Assembly (NCBI GenBank): GCA_947628535.1
Contig: CANRAF010000001.1
Coordinates: 93,120 to 157,119, forward strand
Direction of reading: 5' to 3'
DNA length: 64,000 bases
Source of the DNA: an uncultured Bacilli bacterium
GTDB lineage: Bacteria; Bacillota_I; Bacilli_A; RF39; UBA660
The position numbers were made by a program, and so were the translations under genes. The notes beneath the pieces were generated by a model. It was given only the letters and a program-made list of their open reading frames with translations. It ran no database searches and was not told the origin of the DNA. Below are positions 22,799 through 32,622 of the stretch, one piece after another. Numbering within the stretch: position 1 is the stretch's first letter; each line of letters opens with the position of its first letter.

Positions 22799-23212
22799 AT
22801 GAATAAATATATGAATTTAGCTATAGAGGAAGCAAAAATTGCTGCTAAAGAGGGAAATGTTCCTGTGGGAGCGGTTATTGTTAATAACGATAAAATTATT
22901 TCAATAAAGCATAATACAAAAAATACTTCTAATATTGCTATAAACCATGCTGAAATACTTTGTATTATTGAGGCGTGTAATAAATTAAATTCATGGTATT
23001 TAAATGATTGCGATTTATATGTTACTTTAAAACCTTGTAATATGTGTATGGGTGCTATTGCGGAATCTAGGATAAAAAATGTTTATTATTTGTTAGATTC
23101 TACTTACTATGAAAATTATAATAATAAACAACATACAAATGTTTATAGAATTGAAGATAATAGTAATTATAAGGAATTAATAAGTAATTTTTTTATAAAT
23201 TTAAGAGACTGA
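22799..23212 (+). CDS. tadA: tRNA-specific adenosine deaminase (CDA fold)
   Basis: Zinc motifs HAE...PCNMCMGAI. RBS GGAGGAAAG precedes the ATG at 22799; the ORF track starts earlier at 22772. Confidence 0.85.
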   Translation: MNKYMNLAIEEAKIAAKEGNVPVGAVIVNNDKIISIKHNTKNTSNIAINHAEILCIIEACNKLNSWYLNDCDLYVTLKPCNMCMGAIAESRIKNVYYLLDSTYYENYNNKQHTNVYRIEDNSNYKELISNFFINLRD

Positions 23213-23229
23213 TGTTTCACGTGAAACAT
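23212..23229. repeat. Palindrome ATGTTTCACGTGAAACAT copy overlapping the tadA stop codon
   Basis: Starts at the last base of the TGA stop, the same geometry as at gyrA. Confidence 0.85.
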
Positions 23230-23248
23230 AATAGAGCAAGAAAAAATT

Positions 23249-23270
23249 CAATGTTTCACGTGAAACATTG
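23249..23270. repeat. Palindrome CAATGTTTCACGTGAAACATTG copy
   Basis: Perfect 22-bp palindrome. Confidence 0.85.
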
Positions 23271-23324
23271 AGAGGTATTTATAATTTTAGTTTCTTTTTT
23301 TATTGTTTAATATAATTTGTTATT

Positions 23325-23368
23325 TTGTTAATAAATATTTAATTAAAATTATTTCCCGGGAAATAATT
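23325..23368. repeat. 44-bp direct repeat (copy 2) with the AATTATTTCCCGGGAAATAATT palindrome
   Basis: See copy 1. Confidence 0.85.
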
Positions 23369-23402
23369 GTGTGATTTTTATTTTTTATTTATATTTATGA
23401 AA

Positions 23403-23428
23403 ATATATGTTTCACGTGAAACATATAT
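23403..23428. repeat. Palindrome ATATATGTTTCACGTGAAACATATAT copy
   Basis: Perfect 26-bp palindrome upstream of dnaX. Confidence 0.85.
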
Positions 23429-23496
23429 CATTTTCTTGGTTGTATTAAATTGATTTGTTATGATATAATAAATTTATCTTTTTTGGGGGTGTGACA

Positions 23497-25155
23497 ATGG
23501 AATATGTTGCATTATATAGAAAATATAGACCTAAAACATTAGAACAGGTTTATGGACAAAAATATATTGTTGATATCTTTAAAAATTCAATTATTAGTAA
23601 TAAGTTTTTTCATGCTTATTTATTATCTGGCCCAAGAGGTACTGGAAAAACGACAATTGCTAAGTTAATTGCTAAGATTGTTAATTGTGAAAAACTTGAT
23701 GGCGTTAATCCGTGTGATAATTGTAATAGTTGTAAGTTAATAAATGATCGTAGTAATCCTGATATTATTGAAATTGATGCTGCTTCTAATAATGGTGTTG
23801 ATGAAATTAGAGCAATTAGAGAAAAGGTCGTATTGATGCCAAGCGTTTCTAAATATAAAGTTTATATTATTGACGAAGTTCATATGCTTTCTGTTAGTGC
23901 TTTTAATGCATTGCTTAAGACTTTAGAGGAACCACCAAAACATGTAATATTTATTTTAGCTACTACTGAAATTGATAAGGTGCCTGAAACTATTGTTTCT
24001 AGATGTCAGTGCTATGATTTTAAAAGAATTAGTATTGATGATATTGTTAGTTGTTTATCTTATATATGTGAATGTGAAAATGTTTCTGTTGAAGAAGATG
24101 TTTTAAAGTTAATTGGTGATTATTGCAATGGCGGAATGAGAGATTCAATAGGACTTTTGGATAAATTACTTACATATTCTGACAATGTTGATAAGAAGTT
24201 GTTTTATGATGTTGTCGGTTTAGTTGATGATGATTTAATACATGATATTTTTGTTAATATCTGTGAGAAAAATACTAATGAGGTATTCGATATTATAGAA
24301 AAAATGGTAAATTCTGGTAAAAATTTAGAAATAGTGGTTGAACAATTATTAAATTTGATGAAGAAACTTAGTGTAAATGGTAAGTATCCTATATCGCAGG
24401 GTGATTTTATGAATGTTTTAGAGGGTGTTAGTAATATTTTATATAATATTAAGTTTGCTTCAAATCAGTTGTTATTTTTTGAAATAGAGATTTTAAAAAC
24501 TATTAATTTAATAAATATTAATAATATTGAAAATTCTAATAATGATACCTTAAATATTGTTAATAATGAGAATGATGATAATGATGATGAGGTTCAAAAA
24601 AATATTTCTACAAATTCTGATGTTAATAAATCTGATGATTCTAAAGATATTATTGATAACAAACAAACTTTCGCAAAAATTAATTTTGATCCTATTATTA
24701 ATAATGCTTTTGCTTTGGCAGATAAAAAAATAAAAGTTGATATTGTTAATAAGTGGAATAATTTTAATGAATATGTACATAATAAAGAATTTTCTTCAAT
24801 TGTTTCATATTTTTTAGATTCTACTATACAAGTTGCTGGTGAAAAAGACGTTATAATTTCTACAGATTATGAATCTATTGTTAATAATGCTGCTTCTAAT
24901 ATTACAAAACTTGAACTTTTGTTTAATTTAGTTATGGGTAAACATTTTAATATTGCATTTGTTTTGACTAAAGAATGGAATAAACTTAAAACTAAATATG
25001 TTAATGACCTTAAATCTGGTAAAAAATACAATTATATTGAACCAAAAGATCAAAAAGATGTTATAATTGAGGAGAGTGCTGATGAAATTGAATTGCCTGA
25101 TGTCATTAGTTCTGCTAAAAGTGTATTTGGTGATGATATTGTAGAAGTTAAATAA
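23497..25155 (+). CDS. dnaX: DNA polymerase III subunits tau/gamma
   Basis: Walker A (GPRGTGKTTIAKLIAK), Zn module (CDNCNSCK) and the SRC motif. RBS GGGGGTG precedes the ATG at 23497. Confidence 0.9.
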   Translation: MEYVALYRKYRPKTLEQVYGQKYIVDIFKNSIISNKFFHAYLLSGPRGTGKTTIAKLIAKIVNCEKLDGVNPCDNCNSCKLINDRSNPDIIEIDAASNNGVDEIRAIREKVVLMPSVSKYKVYIIDEVHMLSVSAFNALLKTLEEPPKHVIFILATTEIDKVPETIVSRCQCYDFKRISIDDIVSCLSYICECENVSVEEDVLKLIGDYCNGGMRDSIGLLDKLLTYSDNVDKKLFYDVVGLVDDDLIHDIFVNICEKNTNEVFDIIEKMVNSGKNLEIVVEQLLNLMKKLSVNGKYPISQGDFMNVLEGVSNILYNIKFASNQLLFFEIEILKTINLININNIENSNNDTLNIVNNENDDNDDEVQKNISTNSDVNKSDDSKDIIDNKQTFAKINFDPIINNAFALADKKIKVDIVNKWNNFNEYVHNKEFSSIVSYFLDSTIQVAGEKDVIISTDYESIVNNAASNITKLELLFNLVMGKHFNIAFVLTKEWNKLKTKYVNDLKSGKKYNYIEPKDQKDVIIEESADEIELPDVISSAKSVFGDDIVEVK

Positions 25156-25168
25156 GGAGGAATGTTTT

Positions 25169-25471
25169 ATGAATATGCAAGCTTTAATGAAACAAGCTCA
25201 AGCTATGCAAAGAGATATTACTAATATAAAAAAGGAAATAGATGAAACTACTTTTACTGGTTCTAGTTCGCTTGTACATGTAGAAGTAAAGGGAACTAAG
25301 GAAGTTGTTAAGGTTACTTTTGATGAAGGGGCTAAAGATCTTGTTAGTGAGGATGTTTCTATGCTTGAGGATATGGTTGTTTTAGCATTGAATGATGCTT
25401 TTTCAAAAGTTGATAAAACAATGAATGAAAAAATGGGAAAATATTCTAATATGATGCCTGGGATGATGTAA
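25169..25471 (+). CDS. ybaB: Nucleoid-associated protein YbaB/EbfC
   Basis: 100 aa (MNMQALMKQAQAMQRD...). Conserved dnaX-ybaB-recR order. Confidence 0.9.
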   Translation: MNMQALMKQAQAMQRDITNIKKEIDETTFTGSSSLVHVEVKGTKEVVKVTFDEGAKDLVSEDVSMLEDMVVLALNDAFSKVDKTMNEKMGKYSNMMPGMM

Positions 25472-25472
25472 T

Positions 25473-26075
25473 ATGTTTCCAAAATGTGTTGAAGAATTAA
25501 TAGATTGTTTTAAAAAATTTCCTGGGGTAGGACAAAAATCTGCAGAAAGAATGGCGTTTTCTGTTATTTATAATTTTGAGGATGAAGATGCAAATGTTTT
25601 TTCAAAGAGTATAATGAGTGTTAAAAATGATATTAAAAATTGTTCTATTTGTAATTGTATTACAGATAATGATTTGTGTTTTGTTTGTAGCGATAAAACA
25701 AGAAATCCTGATACTTTAATTGTTGTTGAAAATTCAAAAGATGTTTTTCTTCTTGAAAAAATGGGAGATTTTAATGGATACTATCATGTTTTAGGAGGAC
25801 TTATTTCTCCTTTTGATGATATAGGCCCTGAAGATATTAATTTAAATGGACTTGTTGATAGAGTAAAAAACGGAAATATTAAGGAAATTATTTTTGTTAC
25901 AAGATCTGGTATTGAAGCAGATACAACGGTTCTATATTTAAAAAAGACTTTAGAAAATTATGATGTTATAATTTCTAGAATTGCAAATGGAATTCCTGTA
26001 GGGGCTGATATGGAATACATAGATACACTTACTTTGGAATCTGCTCTTAAGAATAGAAAAGAAGTTTTAGAGTAA
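25473..26075 (+). CDS. recR: Recombination protein RecR
   Basis: HhH (FPGVGQKSAERMAF), C4 zinc finger (CSICNCITDNDLCFVC) and Toprim. Confidence 0.9.
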   Translation: MFPKCVEELIDCFKKFPGVGQKSAERMAFSVIYNFEDEDANVFSKSIMSVKNDIKNCSICNCITDNDLCFVCSDKTRNPDTLIVVENSKDVFLLEKMGDFNGYYHVLGGLISPFDDIGPEDINLNGLVDRVKNGNIKEIIFVTRSGIEADTTVLYLKKTLENYDVIISRIANGIPVGADMEYIDTLTLESALKNRKEVLE

Positions 26076-26096
26076 TTTGTTTTTTCATATATTTTT

Positions 26097-26297
26097 TTGA
26101 GGTGTTTGCCTTTGAAAAATATATTTAATTTTTTTAAACCTTTTTTGTTAGCACCATTTATTTTATATATATTTAATTTAATGGCTGTCGTTATTGATAT
26201 TTATATTCCAATTAATATTATTACTGTAATAATAGTTGGTCTTTTACAAATTCCAGGATTTATAATGCTTATTGTTTTTTCACTTTTTATGTTGTAG
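26097..26297 (+). CDS. bofA: BofA-like small membrane protein (pro-sigma-K processing inhibitor family). Start codon uncertain (TTG).
   Basis: IDIYIPINIITVIIVGLLQIPGFIMLIVF matches the BofA core (IHVPINLVTTAISGILGIPGIAALVV). Same position as bofA in B. subtilis, after recR. Confidence 0.45.
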   Translation: MRCLPLKNIFNFFKPFLLAPFILYIFNLMAVVIDIYIPINIITVIIVGLLQIPGFIMLIVFSLFML

Positions 26298-26308
26298 TGG
26301 GGTAAATT

Positions 26309-27205
26309 ATGTTAGAAAAATATAAAGATAATCAAAAAATGTTTTACAATTATTTTAAACTTAGTTTTGATAAAAATCGTATATCACATGCATATATGAT
26401 TGATACTAATAATGTTCCTTATGCTTTTAATTTGGCTTTAGATTTAGCTAAATTTTTTCTGTGTGAAGGAGAATTCGATGAAAAAATATGTAATTTGATT
26501 GATAATGATAATTATCCTAATTTAAAGGTTCTTAAAAATATTTCTAATATAAAAAAGGAAGAAATCATTTTTCTTAAAAGTGATTTTTCAAAAAGTTCAA
26601 TTGATAATAAGAAAAAAGTTTATATAATTATGGATGCAGAAAGAATGAATAAATCGTCTGCTAATAGTTTGCTTAAGTTTTTAGAAGAACCTGAGGGAGA
26701 TGTTATTGCAATTTTACTTTCTAATAACATAAGCGAAGTTTTACCTACAATATTGTCTCGCTGTCAAATTATCAATTTAATAAACGAAAATGATAGTTAT
26801 AAAAGTATATTTGCCTCTTTGTATGAAAAAAGTGAGTATGTGGGGGATTTTAATAGTTTTGTGGATGAACAAATGAAGAAATTTTTGGATATTTACTCTA
26901 ATTTTGAAAAGATAGGGGTAGATATTCTTTGTAATAACAGTTTTTATGAATTAAAATCATGTGTTAAAGAGTTTTTAGAGGTTGGTTATTATTTGTATTT
27001 TGACATTCTTAATTTGTCTTTAAAAAGAAATAAGAAGTATTTACCTTTTGATAGTGATTCTTTAAATATTTTCAAAAAAAATGATATTAGTGATATAATA
27101 TATAAAATTGATGTTATTAATAAATTTATTTATAATTTAAGATTTAATGTTAATGTTAATTTGTTTTTAGATAATTTTATTATTTCTTTGGGAGGTATAA
27201 AATGA
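26309..27205 (+). CDS. holB: DNA polymerase III delta-prime subunit
   Basis: AAA+ clamp-loader fold (ISHAYMIDTNN...ANSLLKFLEEP...SRCQ). Confidence 0.85.
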   Translation: MLEKYKDNQKMFYNYFKLSFDKNRISHAYMIDTNNVPYAFNLALDLAKFFLCEGEFDEKICNLIDNDNYPNLKVLKNISNIKKEEIIFLKSDFSKSSIDNKKKVYIIMDAERMNKSSANSLLKFLEEPEGDVIAILLSNNISEVLPTILSRCQIINLINENDSYKSIFASLYEKSEYVGDFNSFVDEQMKKFLDIYSNFEKIGVDILCNNSFYELKSCVKEFLEVGYYLYFDILNLSLKRNKKYLPFDSDSLNIFKKNDISDIIYKIDVINKFIYNLRFNVNVNLFLDNFIISLGGIK

Positions 27206-27990
27206 AAAAGGTAATAGGAGTTAATTTTAGTGATTCTAATAAGATATATTATTTTTTAAATAAAGATTTAGATTTGAAAAAGGGTGAATTTGTAATAACA
27301 GAAACAGAGAGAGGAGAACAATTTGGAAAGGTTGTTACTGATGTTATTGAAGTTGATGAAAAAAAACTTAATTCTCCTCTTAGAGATGTTATTAGAATTG
27401 CAACTTCAGAGGATAAGATAAAAAATGATAAAAATAAAAAAGATGAAGAAAAAGCTCTTAAAGATGCGAGAAAAATTGCTGAAGAAATGGAACTTGATAT
27501 GCAAATTTTAAGTGCTAGTTTTACATTTGATAGAAAACAACTTGTTTTTAATTTTATTGCGGATTTTAGAGTTGATTTTCGAAATCTTGCTAGAAAACTT
27601 GCAGGAATATATAAAACAAGAATTGAGCTTAGACAAATTGGTATTAGAGATAAGGCTAAGTGTGTTGGGGGCTATGGACAATGCGGAAAAAAACTTTGCT
27701 GTTCGTCATTTTTAAATGATCTTAGTAGTGTTTCAATAAATATGGCAAAGAATCAAAATTTAGCACTTAATCCTCAAAAAATAAATGGTGTTTGTGGAAG
27801 ACTTATGTGCTGCCTTGCTTATGAAAATGAAAATTATAATAATTATAAGAAGGGTCTTCCTAAAGTTGGTGCAAAAGTTAAAGTTGATGATGAAGAGGGA
27901 AAGGTTATTTCTGTTGATATTTTTTCCAGAACTTATAAGGTTGAAACTGCTGATTCTAAAGTGGTTGAATTAAGTGCAAAGGAGGATTGA
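27202..27990 (+). CDS. ricT: PSP1-domain protein RicT/YaaT
   Basis: PSP1 C-terminal domain with Cys cluster (CVGGYGQCGKKLCCSSFL...GVCGRLMCCLAYE). Conserved position after holB. Confidence 0.8.
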   Translation: MKKVIGVNFSDSNKIYYFLNKDLDLKKGEFVITETERGEQFGKVVTDVIEVDEKKLNSPLRDVIRIATSEDKIKNDKNKKDEEKALKDARKIAEEMELDMQILSASFTFDRKQLVFNFIADFRVDFRNLARKLAGIYKTRIELRQIGIRDKAKCVGGYGQCGKKLCCSSFLNDLSSVSINMAKNQNLALNPQKINGVCGRLMCCLAYENENYNNYKKGLPKVGAKVKVDDEEGKVISVDIFSRTYKVETADSKVVELSAKED

Positions 27991-27996
27991 TTTACT

Positions 27997-28551
27997 TTGA
28001 AGATGATTGTTGGTTTAGGTAATCCAGGTAAAGAGTATGAAAATACAAGACATAACATGGGTTTTATAGTTATTGATTATTTTGCAAAATGTCATGATTT
28101 AGAAATTAGTAAAAGTAAGTTTAATGGTCTTTATGCGAAAACTATGTTAGATGGAGAAAATGTTATTTTAGTTAAACCAATGTCATTTATGAATTTATCT
28201 GGAACAGTTGTTAAAGATTTTAGTGATTATTTTGATATTGATGTTTCTGATATTTTAGTTATAAGTGATGATTTGGATTTAGATTTTTTAGATTATAGAC
28301 TTAGACTTTTTGGATCTTCAGGTGGACATAATGGTCTTAAAGATATTGAGAGATGTTTAGGATCTAATAAGTTTAAAAGATTTAGGATAGGAATAGCTAA
28401 TAATAAAGATATTGATACTGTTTCATATGTTTTGGGGAAATTTTCTAAAGATGATATTTCTATGATAGAAAAATTTTTACCAAAAAGCACTGAAATATTA
28501 AATGGTTTTTGTAGTATGAGTTTTGAAAAAGTTATGAGTAAGTACAATTAG
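27997..28551 (+). CDS. pth: Peptidyl-tRNA hydrolase
   Basis: MKMIVGLGNPGKEYENTRHNMGF signature. Confidence 0.9.
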   Translation: MKMIVGLGNPGKEYENTRHNMGFIVIDYFAKCHDLEISKSKFNGLYAKTMLDGENVILVKPMSFMNLSGTVVKDFSDYFDIDVSDILVISDDLDLDFLDYRLRLFGSSGGHNGLKDIERCLGSNKFKRFRIGIANNKDIDTVSYVLGKFSKDDISMIEKFLPKSTEILNGFCSMSFEKVMSKYN

Positions 28552-28553
28552 GG

Positions 28554-31500
28554 GTGATACTTATGAATGTTTTTGATAAAATTATAGATGTAAATGTAAA
28601 AAATGACACGGGTCTAATAAATTTAACCGGTGGGTTTTTTGTGTGTTTTTTAAAAAAACTCTTTTCTACTTCCCAAAAATCTATATTAGTTGTTTCATCA
28701 AGTAATTATGAGGCTAGAAAAATTTATAATAAATTTAATAATGATTCTAATGTAGTACTTTTTGAAAGCGACGAATTTGATTTTAGTGATGATAGTTTTT
28801 TAAGTCCAGAACTTCGAATTGATAGAATAAATACTTTAAATGAACTTGTAAATGCCTCTAAAAAAGTAGTTTTAACAGACATGAGAGGATATTTAAAAAG
28901 ACTTCAAGATATATCTTCTTATAAAAAGAGAAATATAAATTTAAATAAAGGGGATAGTGTTTCTCGTGATGAAATAGTTTCAAAGTTTGAAGAATTTGGT
29001 TATAGTAGAAATTCAGTTGTTGAAAAGATGGGTGATTATGCTTTTCGCGGGTTTGTACTTGATATTTTTCCTGTTAATAGCGATAATCCTATCAGAATCG
29101 AGTTTTTTGGAGATGAAATAGACGATATCAAAGAGTTTGACTTAGATAGTCAAAGATCTACTAAGACTTTGGATAAGGCATTTATTTTACCTTTTAATGA
29201 AAAAAGAGAGGGAACTTCCTCTATTTATGAATATTTGAATAATCCTATTGTTATTTTTAAAGATTATAATCAAATTAAATTTTCTTATGAAAAAATGGTT
29301 TCTGATAGTTTAGAGGATAATATTTTAAAGTATTATTTTGATTTTGATAGTATTAAACCAGAGAAAAAACTTTACTATTTTAATGTTGATAGTCCTTTTG
29401 ATGATAATTTAAGTGAAATAAAAGATTATAGTACTTTTACAGTTCCTTTTTTTAGAGAAAATTTTAATGAGATAAATAAATATGTTAAAGAAATATCATC
29501 CAAAAAGACTGTTGTGATATGTACAGGAACTAATAATTTTAATGCATTTTTGGAAAAATTAGATTTTAGTTATGTTCTTACTAATTTTAATAATATATAT
29601 GAAGGAAAAATTAATATAGTAAGAGAGAAACTTGCAGAGGGTTTTGAAAATCAAGATTATGCTTTTTTAACAGATTATGAACTTTTTGGAAGAAGTATGG
29701 TGTCTACTAAAAAAAGTAGATTTAAAAATTCTTCTAAAATAAGAGATTTATCAAAAATTAAAATTGGAGATTATGTGGTGCATAGTCTATATGGAATTGG
29801 AATTTATAACGGAATAAAAGTGCTTAGTAAAAATGGATCTCTTTCTGATTATTTAGAAATTTTATATGCTAAGGGTGATAAACTTTATATTCCTGCATCA
29901 AAAATTGAACTTATAGGTAAATATAATGGTAAAGATGGTTATGTTCCAAAAATTAATGCTTTGAATAGTCTTAGTTGGTTTAAAGCAAAAAATCGTATTA
30001 GAGAAAAAATAAAGTATGAGGCTGAGAGGCTTATTAAAGTTCAGGCAGAACGTGAGGTTAAAAAGGGTTTTGCTTTTAGTAAAGATAGCCCAATGCAAAA
30101 TATGTTTGAAGATGAGTTTGTTTATGAAATAACTCCTGATCAAGATAGGGCAGTTAAGGAAATAAAAGAAGATATGGAAAATATTGTTCCAATGGATAGA
30201 ATTTTATGCGGTGATGTTGGTTATGGAAAGACAGAGGTTGCTTTTAGGGCAATGTTTAAGGCTGCTATGGATAGCAAACAAGTTCTTTATTTGTGTCCAA
30301 CTACTCTTCTTTGTAGACAACAATATGAAGTGGCTATAGAGAGATTTAAAAATTATCCTGTTAATATCGCAGTTTTAAATAGATTTGTATCTAATAAAGA
30401 GATAAAACGAACATTAGAAGATTTAAAAAATGGAAAAATTGATATAATTTTTGGGACTCATAGGGCTCTTAGTGATGATGTTATTTTTAGTGACTTAGGA
30501 CTTTTGGTGGTAGATGAAGAACAACGTTTTGGAGTCGCTCAAAAGGAAAAAATAAAAGAGATGAAATCTAATATTGATGTACTTACTTTAACTGCTACTC
30601 CAATTCCAAGAACACTTCAAATGGCAGTTTTAGGAATAAAAAATTTATCTTTAATTGAAACTCCCCCAAAAAACAGGAAATCGGTTGTTACTTATGTTAC
30701 GCCTTTTTCAAAGAAACTTATAAGAGAGGTTATTTATAAAGAAGTTTCAAGGAGCGGACAAGTATTCATTTTATATAATCGTGTAGAGGATATTGAAAGA
30801 AAGGCTTCTTTTATAAAAGAATTAGTTCCAGATGTTAGGGTTTGTTTTGCTCATGGACAAATGGATAAGAATTCTTTTGAGGAAGTTATGGATGATTTTG
30901 TAAGTAAAAAATATGATGTTTTAGTGTGTACAACAATAATCGAAACAGGAGTTGATATTCCTAATGTTAATAGTCTTATTATTTTTGATGCTGATAGATT
31001 TGGCCTTAGTCAACTTTATCAAATTAGAGGTAGAGTAGGTAGAAGTGATGTTTTATCTTATGCTTATTTAATGTATGAAAAAGGAAAAGTATTAACAGAA
31101 AAATCTCTTAAAAGGTTAAAGGTTATTAAAGATTTTACAGAACTTGGAAGTGGATTTGCTATTGCAACTAAAGATTTATCAATTCGTGGTGCAGGAGATA
31201 TTTTAGGTAGTGAACAAGCTGGATTTATTGATACTGTGGGAATGGATTTATATTTAAAAATGCTAAATGAAGAAGTGGAAAGATTAAAAGGAATGGATGT
31301 TCCTTTGGAAAAAGAAGAGGATAGTAATCTTACTATTAATGTTTCTTCACATATTAAGGATAGTTATGTTTCTGATGAAGATGTAAAAATTGAAATTCAT
31401 AAAATGATTAATAGTATCAAGGATGAGAAATCTTTAAATAGTGTTAAAAAGACAATAGAAGATAGATTTGGTCCTGTTGATGATGAACTTTTTATTTATA

Positions 31501-31763
31501 TGAATGAACAATTATTTGAAAATTTAACTAAAAACCTAGGAATTATTAAAGTTTTTGATAATAATAAATATAGAGAGATAACTTTTGATAAAGAAAAATC
31601 TTTAAATATTAATTATGAAGATTTCTTTGTTAAAGCTATTTCGATAAATAAAAATTTTAACTTTTCTTATAAAAATAAGTTTTTAAGTATAAAACTTTTA
31701 TATAGTGATAGTAAAAGGCATGTAGTATTTGATTTTAATAAATTATTAAAAGAACTTGAATAG
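28554..31763 (+). CDS. mfd: Transcription-repair coupling factor Mfd
   Basis: 1069 aa with a UvrB-like N-terminus, DEAD/DEAH helicase motifs (GDVGYGKTEVA, DEEQRFG) and a TRG motif. Confidence 0.95.
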   Translation: MILMNVFDKIIDVNVKNDTGLINLTGGFFVCFLKKLFSTSQKSILVVSSSNYEARKIYNKFNNDSNVVLFESDEFDFSDDSFLSPELRIDRINTLNELVNASKKVVLTDMRGYLKRLQDISSYKKRNINLNKGDSVSRDEIVSKFEEFGYSRNSVVEKMGDYAFRGFVLDIFPVNSDNPIRIEFFGDEIDDIKEFDLDSQRSTKTLDKAFILPFNEKREGTSSIYEYLNNPIVIFKDYNQIKFSYEKMVSDSLEDNILKYYFDFDSIKPEKKLYYFNVDSPFDDNLSEIKDYSTFTVPFFRENFNEINKYVKEISSKKTVVICTGTNNFNAFLEKLDFSYVLTNFNNIYEGKINIVREKLAEGFENQDYAFLTDYELFGRSMVSTKKSRFKNSSKIRDLSKIKIGDYVVHSLYGIGIYNGIKVLSKNGSLSDYLEILYAKGDKLYIPASKIELIGKYNGKDGYVPKINALNSLSWFKAKNRIREKIKYEAERLIKVQAEREVKKGFAFSKDSPMQNMFEDEFVYEITPDQDRAVKEIKEDMENIVPMDRILCGDVGYGKTEVAFRAMFKAAMDSKQVLYLCPTTLLCRQQYEVAIERFKNYPVNIAVLNRFVSNKEIKRTLEDLKNGKIDIIFGTHRALSDDVIFSDLGLLVVDEEQRFGVAQKEKIKEMKSNIDVLTLTATPIPRTLQMAVLGIKNLSLIETPPKNRKSVVTYVTPFSKKLIREVIYKEVSRSGQVFILYNRVEDIERKASFIKELVPDVRVCFAHGQMDKNSFEEVMDDFVSKKYDVLVCTTIIETGVDIPNVNSLIIFDADRFGLSQLYQIRGRVGRSDVLSYAYLMYEKGKVLTEKSLKRLKVIKDFTELGSGFAIATKDLSIRGAGDILGSEQAGFIDTVGMDLYLKMLNEEVERLKGMDVPLEKEEDSNLTINVSSHIKDSYVSDEDVKIEIHKMINSIKDEKSLNSVKKTIEDRFGPVDDELFIYMNEQLFENLTKNLGIIKVFDNNKYREITFDKEKSLNINYEDFFVKAISINKNFNFSYKNKFLSIKLLYSDSKRHVVFDFNKLLKELE

Positions 31764-31921
31764 TTCTTTTTTTATGCTATTTTTTAGAAAATAATTGGTA
31801 AAAATTACCATTTAAAATAGAGTGCTATAAATATTATACTATATATAGTAATAATTACTGAATTTGGGAATAATTTTTAATATTTGGTTAAAAATAATTG
31901 TAGTGAAAGTGAGGTTACTGA

Positions 31922-32449
31922 ATGAAAACTACTGGGGTTGTTCGAAGAATTGATGATTTAGGCAGAATAGTAATTCCTAAGGAAATTAGGAAAACTCTTA
32001 GAATAAAGGATGGGGAATCAGTTGAAATATTTTTAAATAGCGATAATATAGTTTTAAAAAAATACTCTCCTTTACAAGGATTACCTAGTTTTTATAAAGA
32101 TTATGTTGAGTCTATATATTCTGAAATTGGAAATAATATAATTATTGTTGATAGAGATAAAATTGTGGCAGTTTCTGGGGATTTAAAGAAAAAGTATTTA
32201 AATAAGAATATTTCTTCGGAATTAGATGAAATTATTCAAAATAGAACTATAGTTTCTTCAAAGACAAAAAATAAAGTATCTATTATAAATGAAAAGGCAG
32301 AAGATGCAAGTTATGTTATTGCTCCCATAATTACTAATGGTGATGCTGTTGGAGCAGTTATTATTTTATCTTTTGAAGAAGTAATTGATGAATTTATAAT
32401 AAAAACGGGAACAATAGCTGCTAAATTTTTAGGGAAATATATTGAATAG
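31922..32449 (+). CDS. spoVT: Stage V sporulation protein T (AbrB-type N-domain + GAF)
   Basis: MKTTGVVRRIDDLGRIVIPKEIRKTLRIKDGESVEIF is near-identical to the SpoVT N-terminus. The GAF-like C-terminus is also conserved. Confidence 0.85.
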   Translation: MKTTGVVRRIDDLGRIVIPKEIRKTLRIKDGESVEIFLNSDNIVLKKYSPLQGLPSFYKDYVESIYSEIGNNIIIVDRDKIVAVSGDLKKKYLNKNISSELDEIIQNRTIVSSKTKNKVSIINEKAEDASYVIAPIITNGDAVGAVIILSFEEVIDEFIIKTGTIAAKFLGKYIE

Positions 32450-32622
32450 AATTAGTTTTTGTGGTATAATCTCATTACTTAGTGTAATTGGCGATGAAAG
32501 AAAATATTTCTAGATTATACCTTTAAATGATTTGTATTATTTATTTTTTTGAAATAAGTACTGGAAATATTTTAAGACCAAAATATTTCTTTTTTTCATA
32601 TTATTGAATGAGGTGATTTGTA

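Noticed and set aside
22313-23428. Possible CRISPR array, given repeated identical 18-24 bp elements
   Set aside because: The repeats are perfect palindromes with irregular spacing (about 39-205 bp). They overlap stop codons and flank an SRP RNA and tadA. There are no uniform spacers and no cas genes.
32450-32622. T-box leader upstream of metG (and of gltX/cysS)
   Set aside because: No GGTGG-ACCGCG core or AGAGA/GNUGA elements. Only an extended -10 promoter and an A/U-only hairpin are present. gltX has only about 90 nt of 5' region, occupied by the clpC terminator.
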